Of a stretch of DNA of 64,000 nucleotides, positions 58,559-64,000 are shown one piece after another (the first letter of the stretch is position 1; the number at the start of each line of letters is the position of its first letter). Under the pieces are notes generated by a model that worked only from the letters and a program-made list of their open reading frames with translations, was not told the DNA's origin and ran no database searches. Origin of the DNA: Candidatus Melainabacteria bacterium 17Bon1m (lineage in GTDB: Bacteria > Cyanobacteriota > Vampirovibrionia > Obscuribacterales > Obscuribacteraceae); the NCBI GenBank assembly GCA_032128875.1, contig JAVLKG010000002.1, positions 608,001 to 672,000 of the forward strand, in the 5' to 3' direction. A program made the position numbers and the translations under genes.

Positions 58559-60877
58559 CTACCTCTGCATGTATTGGGTAGTCCAAACTCGGTTAAACTC
58601 GTCGATATCCATTTCGTATTTCGTACCTTCGTAAGTATCATGAATTCGCAGTCTACCAGTTGATTCGTTCTTGAGCTGGACCATCAGCAAATGCCAATCC
58701 TCTCCATCGTATAACTTAGCAGCCCAAGGACCTCTTTTGCACTCACCTTCAATTGCTGCTTTCATTTGGTCTAGAGGGACGCTAAGTGCCTTGCCATTAA
58801 TATGCTCAGCTAAATCACGCATCGCTGCCCTTGGAGGAAATAGTTTGATCAATGTTTCTTCATCGATGTTTCTATCTGATAGAAGTGCTGCTACCGCATT
58901 GCCGCACGACTCGTTTGTGATTTGGCGCGGTAAATTTTTGGAAAAGACTTCTCCCACTGCTTTCCATAAAAAAGGTCGACGTGGGGTTTCGCCTTTGAGT
59001 CTTAGTCGGCGACAGTCCTCCGGACCCGCCCATTCAGCTTTGTCGTTTTTAAGTAACTCCTCAGTATACGCAATGTCTTCCTCAGGAATATCCCAGGGCG
59101 GAGGACCATCTCCAAACAATGGTTGATCGCGTTCGTTACCTAGATTGTCACTTCCTGTTTTTGACTTTTCATTTTCGGTCTTTTTTCCACCAGCTCTTTC
59201 CCCTGCAGATTCGTTGTGATATTCACTCCTTGCATACTGAAGTTTGCCTCTTTCATCTCTGCTGATTTGATTTGTGATGGCAGTGACTGATTTCTGAGTT
59301 CGATCAGTTGAGGTTTCTAATTCCTTGCTTGTATTTTGCACAACTTCCAAAGCGTCATTATTTTTGATCGTTCCTTTACGCGTGATCGCATAATCAGCTT
59401 TATTTGCATCGTTGAAATTAGTCAGGCACTCGGTGAATTTCTGAGCTAAAGTCCGTAAAGATTGTTGGTTTTCGGCTAAGCCCCTGAATAACTCTGCATG
59501 ATGTTCCAAGTTTTTTGCAACTGTGTTTGCGACTGCGGTTGCAGGGGTTAAATTTTCTCCGACCCTAGTGACGTTCACTCCCTGCACAAGCTCGCGCAAT
59601 GCTGAAGTTTCTTCGACTGCTTTGGTCAATGAGCCAACAAGCTCATTTTCCCCAATCTTTGCGGCACTTCCTAGTCCGGCACTATCTATAAGAATTACGA
59701 TGTTTAAAACCGCTTCCGTAGCAATCGCACTCTGTGTTTCAGGATCGGCAGTAGCAAATTTTTCAATCTCGTGACTGATCTTTTCCGGTAACGCCTTTGC
59801 TAACGCGCGTGTCATTGCCGCACCATTGGGATCGTATTCAATACCAAAAAGTGGTGAGGTTGGATTGAATGTAGTACTAAGTTGATTAATCACACGTGCT
59901 GTTGTCAGCGTTCCTTCTACTGTCTTGTGAAGCATCTCGGTTGCTTCTTTATCAGGATAAAGATCGGGACAAAGTCTTGCCAATGGCGTGGATTCATAAT
60001 TCGCCGCTCCAGCCATTCGTACTGCATTGCCAACGCCGGCCATTGTATTAACAACGAAGTTTAGCGTGCCGTGGACTATCCCAACCCCGCGCTTTAATTC
60101 GTTAATTTCTGCACGAACGAGTGCTCTGAGAATCTCTTGTTTCAGATCTCCGGTGGGACTCTCGTGTTTTTTGCTAGTTCTTTCGTTTATTTCCTGTTGA
60201 AACTCGAGTTGTGCAAAGGAGTCAATTGGTTCCGTGCTCTCTCCGAGTTCTTTGCTGGCAGCCCTCATTTCTTGGAGATACGAGGCTAGTTGTCTTTTCT
60301 CGATAGGTAAGTCAGGATCCGATTTTATTGATTCAAGGATCTTCGTATCAACTCCATGTTTCCCCGGCTCCCGTGACAACTCGTTTGGTCCCACAGTGTC
60401 ATCGTTCTGCCGTTGCTGACCGAACTCACCTCGACTGAACCATTTGTCTACTTCTTTTTGAATGCTTCTTTTCTCTTCTTCAGTTTTTGCGCTGTTGAGT
60501 CTCTCCAAGAATCTTGAGGCGCTGAGTTCTCCCCTTTGAGCTAATGCTTGCAGCTCTTCGTTACTAATGGATTTTTTGTTTGCCTCGTATCTTTCAATGT
60601 CCTTTTCTGTCCCACCTTTCTGTCGTGATACAGACATCTTTTCATGTCCGTGTTCATCCCGAATTACGACCTCAATACTCTCACCGTGGCCGCCCGCTGA
60701 TCCGTCGTGCCGGTTCTTGTTTGAATCAAGAGCTTTATTCCGTTCTTCTTTTGAACTCTCCCTTGCTTGTATTGCATCCTCTGAATGCTCAAGATGATCT
60801 TTCGGCTTTTCGTTGAATTCAACTTTGCCTTTGAGCAGCAATTTCTCTTGGTCGTGATTGCCTTTGTTTTGTGACAT
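58559..60877 (-). CDS. Putative polymorphic toxin with C-terminal papain-like (C39-type) peptidase domain
   Basis: Charged N-terminus, Gly/Ala-rich pre-toxin-like helices, low-complexity linker, then RQITNESCGNAV (Cys), WHLLMV (His), LRIHDTYEG (Asp), EF..VWT. Confidence 0.65.
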   Translation of the reverse strand: MSQNKGNHDQEKLLLKGKVEFNEKPKDHLEHSEDAIQARESSKEERNKALDSNKNRHDGSAGGHGESIEVVIRDEHGHEKMSVSRQKGGTEKDIERYEANKKSISNEELQALAQRGELSASRFLERLNSAKTEEEKRSIQKEVDKWFSRGEFGQQRQNDDTVGPNELSREPGKHGVDTKILESIKSDPDLPIEKRQLASYLQEMRAASKELGESTEPIDSFAQLEFQQEINERTSKKHESPTGDLKQEILRALVRAEINELKRGVGIVHGTLNFVVNTMAGVGNAVRMAGAANYESTPLARLCPDLYPDKEATEMLHKTVEGTLTTARVINQLSTTFNPTSPLFGIEYDPNGAAMTRALAKALPEKISHEIEKFATADPETQSAIATEAVLNIVILIDSAGLGSAAKIGENELVGSLTKAVEETSALRELVQGVNVTRVGENLTPATAVANTVAKNLEHHAELFRGLAENQQSLRTLAQKFTECLTNFNDANKADYAITRKGTIKNNDALEVVQNTSKELETSTDRTQKSVTAITNQISRDERGKLQYARSEYHNESAGERAGGKKTENEKSKTGSDNLGNERDQPLFGDGPPPWDIPEEDIAYTEELLKNDKAEWAGPEDCRRLRLKGETPRRPFLWKAVGEVFSKNLPRQITNESCGNAVAALLSDRNIDEETLIKLFPPRAAMRDLAEHINGKALSVPLDQMKAAIEGECKRGPWAAKLYDGEDWHLLMVQLKNESTGRLRIHDTYEGTKYEMDIDEFNRVWTTQYMQR

Positions 60878-60965
60878 AAAGATGACCTGAAACTACTACA
60901 TTATTCCCAAAACTCGTCCTTCTGATTAGATTACTTAAGCGCGCTGGCAAAAGATCCGGTTCTTA

Positions 60966-61814
60966 TCATTTATAATCCCCCATCAGGTCGTCATCCAGAG
61001 ACTTGATGGCTTTTGATTGCTCTTCCGCGCCCTTCTTATTTCCGACAATTTTGTAAACCTTTAGCAAACCTACATGAGCTTGTCTCATATCAGGAGAATG
61101 CTTCAGAATCTCATTGAAGTCTGCAATTGCTTTTTCATATTGTTTGGTTTCCACATAGGCTTGTGCTCTGTGTTCTAAGAGAGTCCAGTTGGAAAAGTTT
61201 CCTTTTTTGAGGGCGATTATGCGCGAGCTATCTTCAATGACTTTTGGCCAATGCTTCAGCTTGCGTGCTATCTCCAAACGCCGTGATCGCACAATGTCAT
61301 CGTTGGGACGCTTAATTACAAGCAGGTCCAATTCCTTCTCTGCTTGGTCCGCCTTTCCAACCAATCTAAGTATCTTTGCTCTGGACAAACGACAATCAGA
61401 TTCTTGATCTCCTTTTGCAAGTTTGACACCTTGATTTGCACACTCAAGTGCTTCATCATTGCGTTGCAAATCTGCCAAAATTTCCGCTTTCGTCTTCCAG
61501 CTATAAGGATTTTTTGGATTGAGTTTGAGTGCCTTTTCTACGCATGGGAGAGCTTCCTCGACTTCATCCATTCGCTCTAAAATCAGGGCTTTGCATTCCC
61601 AAAAGTATGCTCGTTTTGGGTCAAGCCTGATTGCCTGGTTGATGTGCTGGAGAGATGCTTCACGCGTTGATAGGTTTTCAAACTCAATCATTGCTCTCTG
61701 TCGTAGTTGCTCTGCTTTATCATCAGCGGCATACGTTAGAGGTGTTTGCAACAACAAAGTTGCAGCGATTGCTAATGCCAGTTTTGTCTTCAAGTAAATG
61801 TCGTGGCAACGCAT
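60966..61814 (-). CDS. Secreted TPR protein
   Basis: Signal peptide (TYA-A) and TPRs (FWECKALIL, SWKTKAEIL, RAQAYVETKQYEKAIADF). Confidence 0.87.
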   Translation of the reverse strand: MRCHDIYLKTKLALAIAATLLLQTPLTYAADDKAEQLRQRAMIEFENLSTREASLQHINQAIRLDPKRAYFWECKALILERMDEVEEALPCVEKALKLNPKNPYSWKTKAEILADLQRNDEALECANQGVKLAKGDQESDCRLSRAKILRLVGKADQAEKELDLLVIKRPNDDIVRSRRLEIARKLKHWPKVIEDSSRIIALKKGNFSNWTLLEHRAQAYVETKQYEKAIADFNEILKHSPDMRQAHVGLLKVYKIVGNKKGAEEQSKAIKSLDDDLMGDYK

Positions 61815-61908
61815 AATGGCACTTATAGGCGCTAAGTCCTATATTTTAACTGTAATTCTGTTATCTGTGAAACAATATTCGGGCGTATTTCAAGCTGGAT
61901 GCATACCA

Positions 61909-63267
61909 ATGTCTGAGTTTTTCTTTCGGAATCTCAAAAAGACTTATCCCACCGTTGCTTCTGCAAAGGGAGTGCGAATTACCGACGCCGACGGCCGCAC
62001 ATATCTTGATGCTTGCAGCGGAGCTGTTGTGTCAAACATTGGGCACGGCGTTGCTGAAATAAATGAAGCGATCAATACTCAGCTCAAAAAAGTCGCTTTT
62101 GCGCACACGACGCAGTTTGTATCGGAAGCTGGACTGGAACTAGCGAAGAGGGTGGTGGACTTAACATCGCCAGAATTCAGAAGTGGTGCGCGTACGTATT
62201 TTATGTCCGGCGGTTCAGAGGCTGTGGAAACCGCCATCAAAATGGCGCGTAGTTATTTCGTGCATAGAGGGGAGAATAAGAGAACCATTTGTTTTTCACG
62301 TTGGCAGAGTTATCACGGAAGTACATTTGGTGCGCTTTCTGCGACGGGACATCCAGCTCGTCGTAAGCCCTATATTCCTTTGCTTCGTGAGCCTTCGCAC
62401 GTTGGTGCGGATTATCGTTATAGATGCAAGTGCGGGTTTGGACCTAGTCCTTGTTCAAGTGATGAATGTTCTATCGCTGCGGCAAATGAGTTAGAAGCTG
62501 CGATTATTAGCGCTGGTCCAGAAACTGTAATGGCATTTCTAGCAGAACCAATCGTTGGGGCGACATTGGGAGCTGCCGTTCCTGGTCTTGCTTATTTCCC
62601 TCGAATTCGGGAGATTTGCAATAAATATGGTGTTCTTCTCATCGCAGATGAAGTGATGACTGGTCTCGGCAGAACAGGCACCACATTTGGTATGAATCAC
62701 TTTAATGTGGTACCGGACATGATTGTATTAGGAAAGGGAATGGCTGCTGGATACCAGCCACTAGCAGCGGTGCTTGCTTCCGGCAAAGTTGTTAAAGCTT
62801 TTGAAGATAGCAACGGTATTTTTGAACACGGTTTTACGTACAGTGCTCATCCTGTTTCATGCGCGGCAGGTCTAGCGGCAATTGAATATGTTCTAAAGCA
62901 CAACTTGATTGAAAGAGTTGCGGAAAAGGAATCTGAGTTTTTCAAGCGCGCAGAGAAACTTCTCGAAACCGGAATAATTGGCGACATTAGGGGAAAGGGC
63001 TTCATGATGGGTATCGAGTTCGTGAAAAACCTAGAAACGAAACAACCCTTTCCGGCCAACATTCGAATCTCTCAGTTTGTCGCGCAAGAGGCTATGAAAA
63101 ATGGACTGCTTGTTTATCCAGGTTCTGGCTTCCTAGATGGAGAGCTTGGTGACCATATTATGGTGGCACCACCTTTCACAACAACAGATGAAGAACTCGA
63201 CGAGATGTTTGAACTTCTAGGAGAAACACTGAATAAAGTTGCGCAACACATAGGCGGTGTTACGTAA
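61909..63267 (+). CDS. Class III PLP-dependent aminotransferase
   Basis: YLDACSGA.VSNIGHG, SGGSEAVETAIK.AR, SYHGST, AEPIVGA, LIADEVMTGLGRTG, LGKG (PLP Lys), HGFTYS.HP. ATG 61909. Confidence 0.95.
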   Translation: MSEFFFRNLKKTYPTVASAKGVRITDADGRTYLDACSGAVVSNIGHGVAEINEAINTQLKKVAFAHTTQFVSEAGLELAKRVVDLTSPEFRSGARTYFMSGGSEAVETAIKMARSYFVHRGENKRTICFSRWQSYHGSTFGALSATGHPARRKPYIPLLREPSHVGADYRYRCKCGFGPSPCSSDECSIAAANELEAAIISAGPETVMAFLAEPIVGATLGAAVPGLAYFPRIREICNKYGVLLIADEVMTGLGRTGTTFGMNHFNVVPDMIVLGKGMAAGYQPLAAVLASGKVVKAFEDSNGIFEHGFTYSAHPVSCAAGLAAIEYVLKHNLIERVAEKESEFFKRAEKLLETGIIGDIRGKGFMMGIEFVKNLETKQPFPANIRISQFVAQEAMKNGLLVYPGSGFLDGELGDHIMVAPPFTTTDEELDEMFELLGETLNKVAQHIGGVT

Positions 63268-63297
63268 CGCTAGTGCCTTCAGTTTAGGTTTGAGAGA

Positions 63298-63353
63298 GAA
63301 CCGGGCGATGCATGGCATCGCCCCATGCGTTTGCATATGGCATCGCCCGGTTC
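63298..63353. repeat. REP-like inverted repeat / bidirectional terminator
   Basis: GAACCGGGCGATGC...GCATCGCCCGGTTC (14-bp IR), with internal hairpin GGGCGATGC-ATG-GCATCGCCC, between convergent genes. Confidence 0.65.
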
Positions 63354-63363
63354 CATTCGCGTT

Positions 63364-64000
63364 TTACCCGCGCTTATTCTTCGTCTCTTTCTCTGCAAGT
63401 TTTGCAGCTTTGTCGCGAAGCTTGGCAATATTTTGGCGCATCTTCTCTGCTTCCTTAATCGGCTGATTAGGATTGAGAGACATGTAGTTGTGATATTGCT
63501 CAGCGGACTCCATCAACATCGTTGAATTAGCCTTCTGCATTTTCTCCAGCGATCTCGCCAAACCGAGTCGAGCATCTGCAAGCGTCGGATTTGTGCTGAC
63601 TGCATGGCGGTATCTGTCGATTGCACCGTCAAGTTGATTTTTCTTGAAAAGTTCGTCGGCAACTATGACGTCGTCTTTCGATACTTTTCTCAAACGAGCG
63701 ACTTCGTCCAATCCGCGCTGTGCGCGTTCTGGCGCCCCAGATAAAGTGATGGCTTTCTTGTAGGCCGCCTCCGCATTATCGAGGTCTTTATTCAACATCG
63801 CAACGTCGGCTACTGCGAATGCTTGCTTCGGATCGTTTACGCTGTTTACCACCGTCTTCATCATATCGGTTGCTTTTTGAAACTCACCTTGCGCCATTAG
63901 CGCTTCAGCATAGGCAAGCTTCTCGCCATTGTTTTGCGGGTCTCCCATTTTACTGAGGTCAGGTTTTGCACCAGCCAGCGACATCAATTTTGCCTGAGCG
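63364..64000 (-). CDS. TPR protein (5' part outside the window)
   Basis: Frame stays open to the window end; TPR-like helices (AEAAYKKAI, AIDRYRHAV..NP.LADARLGLA). Confidence 0.8.
   Translation of the reverse strand, partial: AQAKLMSLAGAKPDLSKMGDPQNNGEKLAYAEALMAQGEFQKATDMMKTVVNSVNDPKQAFAVADVAMLNKDLDNAEAAYKKAITLSGAPERAQRGLDEVARLRKVSKDDVIVADELFKKNQLDGAIDRYRHAVSTNPTLADARLGLARSLEKMQKANSTMLMESAEQYHNYMSLNPNQPIKEAEKMRQNIAKLRDKAAKLAEKETKNKRG

Noticed and set aside
488-63525. Numerous short antisense or alternative-frame ORFs in the six-frame track
   Set aside because: They lie within well-supported genes, show no motifs, and are typical shadow ORFs.
1-64000. tRNA, rRNA, IS element, integrase or prophage
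   Set aside because: No cloverleaf or rRNA signatures, transposase or integrase motifs, or phage structural genes were recognised.

Overview
A gene-dense bacterial chromosomal window. It has no recognisable rRNA, tRNA, CRISPR array, integrase or transposase. The gene style (many TPR proteins, a membrane Ser/Thr kinase, long orphan proteins with papain-like motifs) suggests a non-photosynthetic cyanobacterial relative such as Melainabacteria/Obscuribacterales; this is an inference only. Recognisable modules: de novo NAD synthesis (nadC-nadA-nadB) with an NrtR regulator 6 kb away; a split mutasome (imuA-imuB, three unrelated genes, then dnaE2); an OsaA/Nik1-type poly-HAMP hybrid kinase signalling operon; an acyl-CoA carboxylase beta subunit; a prohibitin; a putative polymorphic toxin/immunity pair; and a class III aminotransferase. 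The most striking system is at 41.2-49.5 kb. A PqqD/RRE protein, ATP-grasp ligase, fold-III PLP decarboxylase, urea-transporter/M23-peptidase fusion and BaeSR-like pair form one operon. It converges on a TPR + small secreted-protein operon, and the two promoters share a 29/31-identical CTCCA-repeat operator placed exactly 17 nt upstream of a TA(A/G)GAT -10 box. A second discovery is a palindromic operator, ATAC-N4-GTAT, found upstream of imuA, upstream of dnaE2, and twice upstream of a lone response regulator; it is a candidate lineage-specific LexA/SOS box.
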